Shown here: piece after piece, positions 49,024 through 61,350 of the stretch | How the letters are laid out: the number at the start of each line of letters is the position of its first letter | Numbering within the stretch: position 1 is the stretch's first letter | Assembly (NCBI GenBank): GCA_002269645.1 | Contig: NIVC01002900.1 | Location: 1,117 to 65,116, forward strand | Source: Macrostomum lignano | Taxonomy: Eukaryota | Reading direction: 5' to 3' | DNA length: 64,000 nt | Notes under the pieces: generated by a model | Databases searched by the model: none | What the model was told of the DNA's origin: nothing | The model's input: the letters and a program-made list of their open reading frames with translations, nothing else | Translations under genes and position numbers: made by a program

Positions 49024-50226
49024 CCGGCCGCCGTCTCCGCAGTTTTCTGGCGGCGCAGCCGCGCCCTCTTGGCGATTGGCGCCAGCTGCCGGTTGGCGCC
49101 ACCGTCTGCCGCCGCCCACGTGCGGTCCGGCCGGCACTTGGAGCACGTGCTCTACCCCGCCCGCCTGCGGCCAAAGCGGCCCCAGCAGGCCGCGGAGAAG
49201 CGGCAGCAGCAGCAGCGGCTCCCGAGCGCGCAGTCGTCGCTGGTGACTCGCGAGGATCTGGAGGCCGCCTGGAATTGGCAGGCCGAAGGCACCGACCCGG
49301 CTGCTGCCGCCAGCCTCATCCTCAGCGTCGACTGTCGCGCCATGAGCTCCGAGGACCTCGCGCTCAGCCTCCGCGCCATCGCAGCGCCATACCATGCGCG
49401 CCACCTTGGGGCCGGCGGCGAGACTGCGCTAGCGGCACTGCGCGCCGATCCCCGCCTGACGCTGCTCGAGTGCGCGGCCGCGGCGCGCGCGGGCCACCTC
49501 GGCCCGGCGCAGCTGTGCCACCTCGTTCGAGACCTCTGCGTTGCGCTGCGCTCCGACCCGCGCGTCACCGCCGCGCCGCTGATGCTGCTCAACTCCGCCG
49601 TGAACGACCTGCCCCTGGCACGCTTGCTGGAGACGCTGTGGCGCCTGACGCAGGCGACCGCGCCGCCGCCTGGCCCTGAGCCCGCGCTGCTTCGGCGCCA
49701 AGCTCTGGTGCATCTTCGTGCGCGCCTGTTTGAGCTGGAGGCGCCGGCGCCAGATTGCGCGGCTGCAGCTCGAGCGGCGCTTCTCTTCCCCGGCGAAGGC
49801 GAACTGGAGCCGTACCAGACGGCGCGCCTTTTGTCCGCGGCCCGGCGTGGCGCCGCTCGCGCCTCCGCTCTGGACCCCGCGCTGGTTGGCGACGCGGCTC
49901 TGGGCTGGCGGCCCCTCCTGGCCTGGTCGCTGCCGCCGGCGTGCCGACACCTGAGCGAGTGCGCCGAGGGCATGTTCGAGCTGGGCGCCGAAGACCTGGA
50001 CGGCCTGCTGAACTCTCAGGAGGCCCTGCTGGCCGCCCTGACTCAGCCGGTGCCGCCGGACGAGTCCGCGACCGAGGCCGCCGCGGTGGCCGGCGGGTTG
50101 CGCGACTTCTGCGAGCTGGGGCCGCGCGTCCTTGAACGGCTGCCCTCGGCCGCCCGGCCGGACGACTTGGCAACCAAATTTCACTCTGACCGGCGGCGCC
50201 TCCTACCGCTGGCCATCGCTGACTAG
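49024..50226 (+). CDS. Hypothetical Ala/Leu-rich helical protein, possibly mitochondrial; no own ATG at the apparent N-terminus
   Basis: 1.2-kb GC-rich open frame with C/G-ending codon bias; acceptor cccacttcag at 49023 in phase 0; Arg-rich, acid-free N-terminus. Confidence 0.65.
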   Translation, partial: PAAVSAVFWRRSRALLAIGASCRLAPPSAAAHVRSGRHLEHVLYPARLRPKRPQQAAEKRQQQQRLPSAQSSLVTREDLEAAWNWQAEGTDPAAAASLILSVDCRAMSSEDLALSLRAIAAPYHARHLGAGGETALAALRADPRLTLLECAAAARAGHLGPAQLCHLVRDLCVALRSDPRVTAAPLMLLNSAVNDLPLARLLETLWRLTQATAPPPGPEPALLRRQALVHLRARLFELEAPAPDCAAAARAALLFPGEGELEPYQTARLLSAARRGAARASALDPALVGDAALGWRPLLAWSLPPACRHLSECAEGMFELGAEDLDGLLNSQEALLAALTQPVPPDESATEAAAVAGGLRDFCELGPRVLERLPSAARPDDLATKFHSDRRRLLPLAIAD

Positions 50227-50399
50227 CCAGCCTGCCACTGGCCGCTGCAATGGCGTACTGTCCCACAGCATTTTCTTGTGTTATTGAACCGTAATAAAAT
50301 ATAGCAAACAGAAATAGCGCTTAGATGCGCTAAGATGTACAAAATATTTCATGGCGAATCGTTACTTCCTGTTTCTTTATTGTCCTTGGGTTGGGTTGT

Positions 50400-50925
50400 A
50401 GATCTTCAGGCTGGATTATCGCCTCCTAGATCTTCAGGCTGGATTATCGCCCTAGATCTTCAGGCTGGATTATCGCCTCCTAGATCTTCAGGCTGGATTA
50501 TCGCCCCCTAGATTTTCAGGCTGGATTATCGCCTCCTAGATCTTCAATCTGGATTATCGCCCCCTAGATTTTCAGGCTGGATTATCGCCCCCTAGATCTT
50601 CAGGCTGGATTATCGCCTCCTAGATCTTCAGGCTGGATTATCGCCTCCTAGATCTTCAGGCTGGATTATCGCCCCCTAGATCTTCAGTCTGGATTATCGC
50701 CCTAGATCTTCAGGCTGGATTATCGCCCCTTAGATCTTCAGGCTGGATTATCGCCCTAGATCTTCAGTCTGGATTATCGTCCTAGATCTTCAGTCTGGAT
50801 TATCGCCCTAGATCTTCAGGCTGGATTATCGCCCCTTAGATCTTCAGGCTGGATTATCGCCCTAGATCTTCAGTCTGGATTATCGTCCTAGATCTTCAGT
50901 CTGGATTATCGCCCTAGATCTTCAG
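50400..50925. repeat. ~27-29-bp minisatellite (tagatcttcaggctggattatcgccc..)
   Basis: About 19 tandem units. Confidence 0.96.
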
Positions 50926-51102
50926 GCCGGCCATTGTCAGCTTACCAGAGCCTCACACTGACCCATGCATGTAGTGGCCGTATAACCTGCTCAGGGGAGT
51001 CGGCGGAACGGGCAGTAATTGTAATAAAAAAGATAGACCCTCGCATTTCGTCTCACCTCGCACTGCCAGGTGCCCTTTCATGCGTCCCTGTTTCAGCCCA
51101 GA

Positions 51103-51777
51103 ATGTCAGCCGAAGTCCCAGAGCCGCAGCAGCAGCAGCCTCCGGAACAGCCCGGCAGCCAGCAGGGATTCTCCCTGGCCGAGCTGACCGCCAGCTTCAA
51201 CCGCTGCCGCGCCCAGCCCGGCCTCGGCCTCGCCGCCTATGCCGACGGCTACGACCAGCTGCTGCACTTCCTGCGCAGCCTCAACAAGGCCTTCTACTTC
51301 GTGGTGCAGGACGTGGACTCGAAGCTGCGCATCCTGCGCTCCCATATCGTCGGCCCGGAGGCCGCCAGCTTCTCCAGCATCGCCGGCATGCTGCAGTTCG
51401 AATCGGCCGGCGGCTTCGCTGGCAAGGAGAACGGCTCCCGCACTCTGCTGCGGCTGCACCGGGCGCTGCTCTTCCTTGTGCTGCTGCTGGACCGGCTGGT
51501 CAGCGCGCCAGCTGACAAGTCCATCTCCAGCATCGCCGGCGAGTCCTACAACGAGTCGCTGGCCAATCACCATCCCTGGGCGGTGCGCAAGGCGGTCGGG
51601 CTGGCGCTTTACCTGCTGCCATCGCGTGAGACCCTGCTGGCCAACATGGCGCAGCAGAACGCCTGCGATGCTGCCGGGGTGCGCCAGCTGGTGACCGAGG
51701 CCGTGCCCTGTCTGAAGGATGTCTACGACCAGACCCAGCGACTGTACAGCGAAGCCAAAGCTCTGGAGCTGCCTTGA
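51103..51777 (+). CDS. CPTP: Ceramide-1-phosphate transfer protein / GLTP-domain protein (224 aa, single exon)
   Basis: DVDSKLRIL, GSRTLLRLHRAL, YNESLANHHPWAVRKAV, LPSRE are GLTP-fold C1P-binding motifs. Confidence 0.88.
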   Translation: MSAEVPEPQQQQPPEQPGSQQGFSLAELTASFNRCRAQPGLGLAAYADGYDQLLHFLRSLNKAFYFVVQDVDSKLRILRSHIVGPEAASFSSIAGMLQFESAGGFAGKENGSRTLLRLHRALLFLVLLLDRLVSAPADKSISSIAGESYNESLANHHPWAVRKAVGLALYLLPSRETLLANMAQQNACDAAGVRQLVTEAVPCLKDVYDQTQRLYSEAKALELP

Positions 51778-51839
51778 ACTGCATTGCTGTAGTCTAATAG
51801 CTGCTCTTCATGCTTTCATAGACTCTGAACTAAGCAAAC

Positions 51840-52350
51840 TGCTTCTAAGCACACTGTCGCTGAAGCATTAGCCTGAAGCATACTGCTTCTGAAGCTTAGC
51901 CCCTGAAGCACACTGTCCCGAAGCATTAGCCTGAAGCACACTGTCGCTGAAGCATTAGCCTGAAGCATACACTGTTCCTGAATCATTAGCCCTGAAGCAT
52001 ACACTGTTCCTGAATCATTAGCCCTGAAGCATACACTGTTCCTGAATCATTAGCCCTGAAGCATACACTGTTCCTGAATCATTAGCCCTGAAGCATACAC
52101 TGTTCCTGAATCATTAGCCCTGAAGCATACACTGTTCCTGAATCATTAGCCCTGAAGCATACACTGTTCCTGAATCATTAGCCCTGAAGCATACACTGTT
52201 CCTGAATCATTAGCCCTGAAGCATACACTTCCTGAATCATTAGCCCTGAAGCATACACTGTTCCTGAATCATTAGCCCTGAAGCATACACTGTTCCTGAA
52301 TCATTAGCCCTGAAGCATACACTGTTCCTGAATCATTAGCCCTGAAGCAC
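51840..52350. repeat. 32-bp minisatellite (ctgaagcatacactgttcctgaatcattagcc)
   Basis: Homogeneous tandem units, diverged at the left edge. Confidence 0.96.
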
Positions 52351-52879
52351 CGAATCCCGCTGTATCCAAAGCAGATGACGGACAAAAAGTACTATTACAA
52401 TACTTACTATTTTCATAGACTTACTTAAACTCAGTTTATCATTCTGCTGTTTCTATTAGATATTTATGCATTGATCTGGTCCCAGTCGGACCGTCCCAAA
52501 CTTCTTAATTCCCTTCTCTATGCTTTGTCTTTCCTTTAGTTCAGAAGCGGACACTTAATTTAAGCGCTTTGTCTGTTTTGTTAGTTCATTACGCCAATCT
52601 AAAAATAGCCACTGATGTTCTAAAAAAGATTATTTAACGCACTGCTTACTACTGCTGATTTGTTGATGTTATATTAACTTAATAGTAGAAAAGAGCGCAT
52701 TGAGATGTGTTCCTGGATTATCCCACCTAGTCAAAAGCGGCGCTACTCCATGCAAATTCTACTATTAAAGTCATTGCCCGTGTGGACTGTGCGGAATTTG
52801 CTCTCAGCTTCTATGCTTAAACAGCTTCTGTGTTCTATTTTCATTGCTCACTTGAGCACTGCTCTAGGCAAAATCCAGA

Positions 52880-53925
52880 GTTGAGCTCTAGATCTCCTTG
52901 GCAGTCAGTTCATGCTGTGCCGCCTGCTCATCCACCCCAAGTTCCCAAATCCGGACTTGAGCTCTAGATCTCCTTGGCAGTCAGTTCATGCTGTGCCGCC
53001 TGCTCATCCACCCCAAGTTCCCAAATCCAGACTTGAGCTCTAGATCTCCTTGGCAGTCAGTTCATGCTGTGCCGCCTGCTCATCCACCCCAAGTTCCCAA
53101 ATCCGGACTTGAGCTCTAGATCTCCTTGGCAGTCAGTTCATGCTGTGCCGCCTGCTCATCCACCCCAAGTTCCCAAATCCAGACTTGAGCTCTAGATCTC
53201 CTTGGCAGTCAGTTCATGCTGTGCCGCCTGCTCACCCACCCCAAGTTCCCAAATCCGGACTTGAGCTCTAGATCTCCTTGGCAGTCAGTTCATGCTGTGC
53301 CGCCTGCTCATCCACCCCAAGTTCCCAAATCCGGACTTGAGCTCTAGATCTCCTTGGCAGTCAGTTCATGCTGTGCCGCCTGCTCATCCACCCCAAGTTC
53401 CCAAATCCAGACTTGAGCTCTAGATCTCCTTGGCAGTCAGTTCATGCTGTGCCGCCTGCTCACCCACCCCAAGTTCCCAAATCCGGACTTGAGCTCTAGA
53501 TCTCCTTGGCAGTCAGTTCATGCTGTGCCGCCTGCTCATCCACCCCAAGTTCCAAATCCGGACTTGAGCTCTAGATCTCCTTGGCAGTCAGTTCATGCTG
53601 TGCCGCCTGCTCACCCACCCCAAGTTCCCAAATCCGGACTTGAGCTCTAGATCTCCTTGGCAGTCAGTTCATGCTGTGCCGCCTGCTCACCCACTCCAAG
53701 TTCCCAAATCCGGACTTGAGCTCTAGATCTCCTTGACAGTCAGTTCATGCTGTGCCGCCTGCTCACCCACTCCAAGTTCCCAAATCCAGACTTGAGCTCT
53801 AGATCTCCTTGGCAGTCAGTTCATGCTGTGCCGCCTGCTCACCCACTCCAAGTTCCCAAATCCAGGCTTGAGCTCTAGATCTCCTTGGCAGTCAGTTCAT
53901 GCTGTGCCGCCTGCTCATCCACCCC
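52880..53925. repeat. 76-bp minisatellite, ~14 copies
   Basis: gagctctagatctccttggcagtcagttcatgctgtgccgcctgctca..ccaaatccggactt repeated. Confidence 0.97.
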
Positions 53926-53942
53926 CAATTTTCCGGCTCAAG

Positions 53943-55607
53943 GCGAGGCCGGTCGCCGATCCCTGGGCGAGCAGCTGCTTCGGCGAAGACGAGGAGCCGG
54001 CGGCGGCGTCAGCGGACTCCGACGAGCTGTATCTGCTGCCCCGTCTGGAGGTCGAGCGGCTCTGCGACTCCCGGCTGGACCCGCCGCTTGACGCCTCTTC
54101 GACTGCGCAGCCGTCGGCGGATTCGGCGACCGCCTCGACTGCGGCGCTGTTGAATCGCCGTCGCAGGCTGGTGCGCGCCGACTCGCTGATTCTGCGCGAT
54201 CCGCAGGCACGGCACGCCATCGACATGCTGGCGGCTGTGCGGCGCCTCCGGCCGCTGCAGCGGCGCCAGATGAAGTGGCGTCGGCAGCGTCTGCAGCAGC
54301 AGCGACAGGTGAGTAGCGCGTCGTTTGCGACGGTCTGCGTTGTAGTGTGACATTTGTGTGTCCTTTGTGACATTTATGTGTGACTTGTGTGACATTTGTG
54401 TGTGCCCTTTGTGACATTTGTGTGTGTGTGCCCTGTGTGACATTGTGTGTGTGTGCCCTGTGTGACATTGTGACATTGTGTGTGTGACTTGTATGATATT
54501 TATGTGTGCCCTGTGTGACATTGTGTGTGTGTGCCCTGTGTGACATTGTGTGTGTGTGCCCTGTGTGACATTGTGACATTGTGTGTGTGACTTGTATGAT
54601 ATTTATGTGTGCCCTGTGTGACATTGTGTGTGTGTGCCCTGTGTGACATTGTGTGTGTGTGCCCTGTGTGACATTGTGTGTGTGTGCCCTGTGTGACATT
54701 GTGTGTGTGACTTGTGTGACATTTTTGACATCGAGCCCCTGCAAAAAGGTTGGAGACCATCTGTGATTGCGGCGGCGGCCCTGGCGACAGCTGCCTGAGG
54801 ATCTGAAGGGCTGTGCAGCATGAGAATCCCAGTCGTATAAAAATCGCGGAAATCCAATATTTTTAGGCCGGACTGGCTGCTGCGCCGCCCCCCGTCGCCT
54901 CCACCGATCTCTTCGGAGGAGGCGGCCCGCCTGCGCGACCTGCTGTCCGTGCCGGCGCACACCGCCGATCCGCGCGTCCCCCTGCTGCTTGGCGCCACCT
55001 CCGCCGAGGACTGTCGGCGCCTCCTGCTGAGCAGCGCGGCCGCCACGGCGCTGCTGGCCGGCTTCGACACCGTCTCGGACGCGGCGCTGCGCTCGCTGGC
55101 TCACGCGCTCGACCTGTTCCTGTCTCAGGTAGCGGCCAGGATTCATGCCAGTTGGGATTCCCGTCAATTGGGATTCCCGTCAATTGGGATTCCCGTCAGT
55201 TGGGATTCCCGTCAGTTGGGATTCCCGTCAGTTGAAATTCCCGTCAGTTCGGATTCCCGTCAGTTGGGATTCCTGTCAGATCCCACCCAGATGGCAGAGT
55301 CTCCATTCTCCTATTCAATTTTCTGCAGGTTTGCCAGCGCATCGCCGACCAGCCGAGCGTCAGCGACTATCCAGACGGCCTGCACAAGGCGCTGGCCGAC
55401 TTCGGCATCACGGAGGCCTGGCAGCTGCGCCGCTGCTACGACCGCCTCATCACCGGCGGCCGGCGCCGGGCGCAGGACCGACTGGCCGCTCTGCTCGCCC
55501 AGCTGGCGCCGGCAACGCCTTCCGCCGTTTCGGCTGCTCCGGAGGCGGTAGCAACCGCGGAGGTGAAGGCGGAGCCGGAGGATTCGGCTGCGGGCCAGGG
55601 GCTGTGA
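53943..55607 (+). CDS. SUPT7L: SAGA/STAGA subunit SUPT7L-like; exons 53943-54308, 54867-55128, 55329-55607 (one apparent 1-bp frameshift in exon 2)
   Basis: LLPRLEV...DPPL and HAIDMLAAVRRLR resemble the SUPT7L N-terminus; CRRLLLSSAAATALLAGFDTVSDAALRSL...YPDGLHKALADFGI resembles the histone-fold (BTP) domain; GT-AG junctions. Confidence 0.72.
54340..54722. repeat. ~23-bp TG-rich intronic minisatellite (tgtgacattgtgtgtgtgtgccc)
   Basis: Tandem units in SUPT7L intron 1. Confidence 0.93.
55147..55280. repeat. 16-bp intronic minisatellite (gttgggattcccgtca)
   Basis: About 8 units in SUPT7L intron 2. Confidence 0.92.
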
Positions 55608-55844
55608 GACTCGCTCATCTCGCTGCTGTTGTGTACAGAATTGACCTGAGATCCCCCCAGTTTGCTGTTCATTGCTTTGTTACGCAATACATTTGTATAA
55701 AATATACCGGCTCTGCTGGCGTTAGCCAAACTGCTGCCTGCGTGTGCGGTCCCATAAACTCTGCTGACACTGACGGCTTTCTCGTTTGTGACGCCATCCT
55801 GCCTGCTGTTTCCATCTGTCTGGATGGCAGGCAGATCTATCTGC

Positions 55845-56505
<661 letters not shown>

Positions 56506-56780
56506 CCCTCTACATGTATATGCCTATTTATTTTCATCCTGTAGTATCGGCCTGCAAAAGTGCCTGCAGGGGGGCGTCAGGAAGTCCAGATTAGTTAGTG
56601 AAGCATTTTGCCCGGTTTGACTATTTTTAAACGCGCAGCCAAATGTGAAGGCGGAGACACTCTGTGATTTAAATCGATTTCAAAATGAAAGTTTCTGAAA
56701 GGCCTTCGCTGCAGCTGACTGCACTGGCAATCCTGCATTGACCTGCGCCTGCCAGGGTCTACCGGGGAGCTGAGGAGGCC

Positions 56781-58535
56781 TCAGGCGGGCAGCGCCACGG
56801 ACTTCAGGGCTTCCCGGATTTTCTGTCCGAGCTGGTCGGCCACGGTCAGGCGGATCTGCTCCCTGACGGCCTCGACCTGCAGTGCCTTGGACACCAGGTC
56901 GCCCACCAGCCCGTTGTTTGTCACCTGGATGGGGCTCAGCCAGGCGTCGAAGTAGTTCAGGCTGATGGCGCCGCCAGGGCTGAGGTCTGCTTGCAGCGTC
57001 ACGCGGGCGCGGAAGTCCGCGATGTGGATTTTGACGAACACGAGCGGCTGGCCCAGCAGCTTCACCTGAAATTGCATTGAGGCAATTGTGGGGTATTCAG
57101 TGTGGCACTCTGGAGGAATTGTGGGGTATTCAGTGTGGCACTTTGGGGGAATTGTGGGTATTCAGTGTGGCGCTCTGGAGGAATTGTGGGGTATTCAGTG
57201 TGGCGCTCTGGGGGAATTGTGGGGTATTCAGTGTGGCGCTCTGGAGGAATTGTGGGGTATTCAGTGTGGCGCTCTGGGGGAATTGTGGGGTATTCAGTGT
57301 GGCACTCTGGAAGAATTGTGGGGTATTCACTGTGGCACTCTGGGGGAATTGTGGGGTATTCAGTGCGGCACATTGGGGAATTGTGGGGTATTCAGTGTGG
57401 CGCTTTGGGGGAATTGTGGGGTATTCAGTGTGGCACTCTGGAAGAATTGTGGGGTATTCAGTGTGGCGCTCTTGGGGAATTGTGGGGTATTCAGTGCGGC
57501 ACATTGGGGAATGGAGACTGTGCGGCACCTGAGCGCACCTGGAAGGCGCCCCGCACGCTGCGGATGTGCACGCAGGTCTTGGCCTCAGCCAGGCTGCCGC
57601 CCAGCGGCTTCAGCTGCAGGCTGCAGCTGCGGCTGACATTGTCCAGGCCGGCCACGTGCAGGTTGACGATCTTGATGAAGCCAGGGAGGCTGATCTCGGC
57701 CGGCAAGTCAACCTCGGCGAGCGCCTTGAACAGGTCGGTGCGCAGGATGTAGTCGGCAGCCAGGTTCACCGCCGCTGTGGCGTCTTCCGAGGACTGGGAG
57801 GCTGCGGGCGCGGTGCAGGGCTGGGCGAGTCGGATGGAACTGGGCGATTCCTTGCCACTGACCCCTGGGTGTACCGATCGCACTGCCCTGACACTCACTG
57901 CCCTGATACTCACTGCCCTGACACTCACTGCCCTGATACTCACTGCCCTGATACTCACTGCCCTGATACTCACTGCCCTGACACTCACTGCCCTGACACT
58001 CACTGCCCTGACACTCACTGCCCTGATACTCACTGCCCTGACACTCACTGCCCTGACACTCACTGCCCTGACACTCACTGCCCTGATACTCACTGCCCTG
58101 ACACTCACTGCCCTGACACTCTGCCCTGACACTCACTGCCCTGACACTCTGCCCTGACACTCACTGCCCTGACACTCTGCCCTGACACTCACTGCCCTGA
58201 CACTCTGCCCTGACACTCACTGCCCTGACACGATCACTGCCCTGACACTCGCTGCCCTGACACTCGCTGCCCTGACACTCTGCCCTGGCACTCGCTGCCC
58301 TGATACTCACTGCCCTGACACTCTGCCCTGATACTCACTGCCCTGACACTCACTGCCCTGACACTCACTGCCCTGACACTCACTGCCCTGACACTGCTAA
58401 AGTTCCTACTCTGCTCTGTCAGCGGGAGTCAGAGCCGGAGCCGAGAGTCAGGCCAGACTCACTGGCAGCCTGCAGCCGCGGTCCCAGCAGGAGCAGCAGC
58501 AGTCCGAAGGCGGCGGCAGTCGGCAGTCGGGGCAT
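56781..58535 (-). CDS. Secreted ~227-aa protein, possible TULIP (BPI/Takeout/group-7 allergen-like) fold; exons 58535-58463, 57864-57539, 57065-56781
   Basis: Signal peptide MPRLPTAAAFGLLLLLLG; donors gtgagt and gtgcgc; phases 1 and 0 are consistent (684 nt); alternating beta pattern followed by a long C-terminal helix. The fold call is tentative. Confidence 0.7.
57080..57510. repeat. 32-bp intronic minisatellite (gaattgtggggtattcagtgtggcgctctgg..)
   Basis: Fills nearly all of intron 2 of the secreted-protein gene. Confidence 0.96.
57880..58395. repeat. 15-17-bp intronic minisatellite (cactgccctgacact[ca])
   Basis: Fills most of intron 1 of the secreted-protein gene. Confidence 0.96.
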
Positions 58536-59209
58536 TTCTGCAATCGCTTGAGCTCGGGAAGGATCAAGTCCAGCTTGTCGGGCGCTCGCATGGCTGGTTT
58601 GGCTAAACAGCTGCACTTTTATGCCGAGCTGCGGGCGTGGGGCCTGCCGGGATTATCGGCGTGAGACCCCGCCAGTCTGCCCAGGCGGAGGGACCGTCTA
58701 GCGCGTGACTCCCTGCATGGCCTGCGCTGAGCTGCGCACCAACCGAGCACGTCGGTGGAAAGTACACGCACTGCATGCAGCCACAGCATACACCACCCAC
58801 ATTTTCCCACATAACAACATTTAACACACAAATCTGAAGCCCGACATAACAAGCGCATGTGTACCTTGTAGGTCGGCCTTCAGATGCTCATTTCAGCACT
58901 GAGTGAAGCTAAACGAAAACTAATCTCTGGTCATTGTGACGGTCTGACAGTCCGGAGAAAACAAGTGCACAGCGCTACTGAGTTTCTTGTGCACCACTGT
59001 GAAGAGTGGCCTGCGTGTAAAGTGAGCATCTCAATTTCGGAAGAAAATTCAATAATTCGTAAAAAATATATTTATCAATGAAAATTATTCAATCTTTTTG
59101 TTCCTCAAACTGCAGCTCAGCTCCTCAGCCCTCTCAGCCAGCACCTCTTTGAAATACCACTCTCATTCTGTGTCCTCTTGACCGCACTGACCCACGGTAA
59201 AGAACTGAC

Positions 59210-59935
59210 CCATCCTGAGCAACCCTGACCCATCCTCAGCAACCCTGACCCATCCTCAGCAACTCTGACCCATCCTCAACAACCCTGACCCATCCTCAGC
59301 AACTCTGACCCATCCTCAGCAGCCCTGACCCATCCTCAACAACCCTGACCCATCCTCAGCAACCCTGACCCATCCTCAGCAACTCTGACCCATCCTCAGA
59401 AGCCCTGACCCATCCTCAGCAACCCTGACCCATCCTCAGCAACTCTGACCCATCCTCAGCAACTCTGACCCATCCTCAGCAACCCTGACCCATCCTCAAC
59501 AACCCTGACCCATCCTCAGCAACTCTGACCCATCCTCAACAACTCTGACCCATCCTCAGCAACCCTGACCCATCCTCAGCAACTCTGACCCATCCTCAGC
59601 AACCCTGACCCATCCTCAACAACCCTGACCCATCCTCAGCAACTCTGACCCATCCTCAGCAACTCTGACCCATCCTCAACAACCCTGACCCATCCTCAGC
59701 AACTCTGACCCATCCTCAGCAGCCCTGACCCATCCTCAGCAGCCCTGACCCATCCTCAGCAACCCTGACCCATCCTCAGCAACCCTGACCCATCCTCAGC
59801 AACTCTGACCCATCCTCAGCAACTCTGACCCATCCTCAGCAGCCCTGACCCATCCTCAGCAGCCCTGACCCATCCTCAGTAACCCTGACCCATCCTCAGC
59901 AGCCCTGACTCATCCTCAGCAACCCTGACCCATTT
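59210..59935. repeat. 20-bp minisatellite (accctgacccatcctcagca)
   Basis: About 36 units. Confidence 0.97.
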
Positions 59936-60023
59936 CGACCCTCAGGATCTGGTTGGTCTCATCTTCACCAACCGAAGCAATGCAAGCAAGGTGAGCGCGC
60001 TCAGCAGGGGGGGGGGGTGTCAG

Positions 60024-61350
60024 TCATTTCAGAATGCCAAACGGCAGCTTCCTCGCCACCGGCTGGCAGTCGGCCGCCACCGCGGCAGCCCCGCCGCACT
60101 CCGCCGCCATCAGCTGCAGCAGCAGCGGCGGCGTCGGCTCCGCCATCTGCTGCTTCATCGCCTTCCCAGCCAGCTTCTTTTTTGATTTCGTTGATGCCTC
60201 ATCGCGTCGGGTCGCCGCCGCCTGCCGTCTGAAATGGGAGAAAATCGACTGGCTTTGCCGTCTTTCTTGACCCACTATGACCTACATGACCTACCCTGAC
60301 CCACTATGACCTGCATGACCTACCCCTGACCCACTATGACCTGCATGACCTACCCCTGACCCACTATGACCTGCATGACCTACCCCTGACTCACTATGAC
60401 CGGCATGATCTACCCCTGACCCACTATGCCTCAGTCTGACCCACTGAACCACCAAAAACTTGACCCATCCTGACCCATTTAATTTTGGTCTATTTCTACG
60501 CACTCAGCGGCTCACCTGCAGTCGCTCAGGTCGGCCATCGGCGGCCCCCAGGCGGCTCCCAGCCGGCAGCCGATGCCGTAGACGGTCAGCACCGCCCTGG
60601 CCGCCGCGGCCGCCTCTGTAGCCATGTCGAGCGTCAGGGGCCGGCGCTGCCAGTAGGCGTGGCCCGCCGCGTCCTCCTCCACGACGGCAGGCGACGCAAC
60701 CGAGCCCGCAGCCGCCGCAGTCAGCTGCAGCAGGGCCCTGAGGCTGACCCGGCGCCGAGGCAGCCCGCTCCTCTCCAGAAGGGTTTCGAACCCCAGACCG
60801 ACGTCGCAGACTCGGCGCCACCGGCCGAGAGCGAAAGTGTCGGACAGCTCGGCGGCGTCGTTGGTTCCGTAGTGGAAGACCTTCGTGATCTCGGCGGACT
60901 GGAAGAGTCGGGCGAGGCCGCCGCGGCTCAGCACCTGCGGCCGGCGGGCCAGGTCGATCAGGTAGGTCGGCGCGGCAGCGGCGGCCGAGGCGGAGGCGCC
61001 CTCGCGACTCACCGCTACGGCCAGGAGGACTGGCGGGTGCCTCGGCGGGCCGCCGCGTCGGCAGCTGACAGCCAGCAGTGGCGGCCCTCCGCCGTCGCCG
61101 CCGACAGCTTTGCAAACTTCGTCATCCTCGGTGTCGAATCCGTTGCCTAGCAACAGGAGCGCGTCGACGAGGTGCCCGCAGGCGGCCGGGGACTCGAGCA
61201 GGCGGACTCCGGCCTGGGCCAGCATCGCCTGCCTGACAGCCTCGGAAGCAGCCGCCGACGACTGCACGGCGACGACGGTGGCTGCAGCCGCTGCGGCCTC
61301 GGCTTCTTCGGCAGCTGGGCAGTTGGCGCGCCTCTCATCACTTGAGAAGC
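60024..61350 (-). CDS. EXD1/Egalitarian-like DnaQ 3'-5' exonuclease-domain protein; exons ~61350-60516 and 60228-60024; 5' end unresolved
   Basis: TYLIDL...GGLARLFQSAEITKVFH...VCDV...VSLRALL...YWQRRPLTLDM resembles the DEDDy/EXD1 fold; donor gtgag at 60515 and acceptor ttcag at 60229 match in phase 2. Confidence 0.7.
60270..60470. repeat. Intronic ~30-bp repeat (tgacccactatgacctgcatgacctacccc)
   Basis: About 5-6 units. Confidence 0.88.

Noticed and set aside
48958-51784. Long antisense and alternative-frame ORFs over GC-rich exons (also over the RTE and YR elements)
   Set aside because: Shadow ORFs expected from high GC and codon bias; no motifs
50400-53925. CRISPR-like appearance of the 28-, 32- and 76-bp arrays
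   Set aside because: Units are head-to-tail with no unique spacers, there are no cas genes, and the context is eukaryotic
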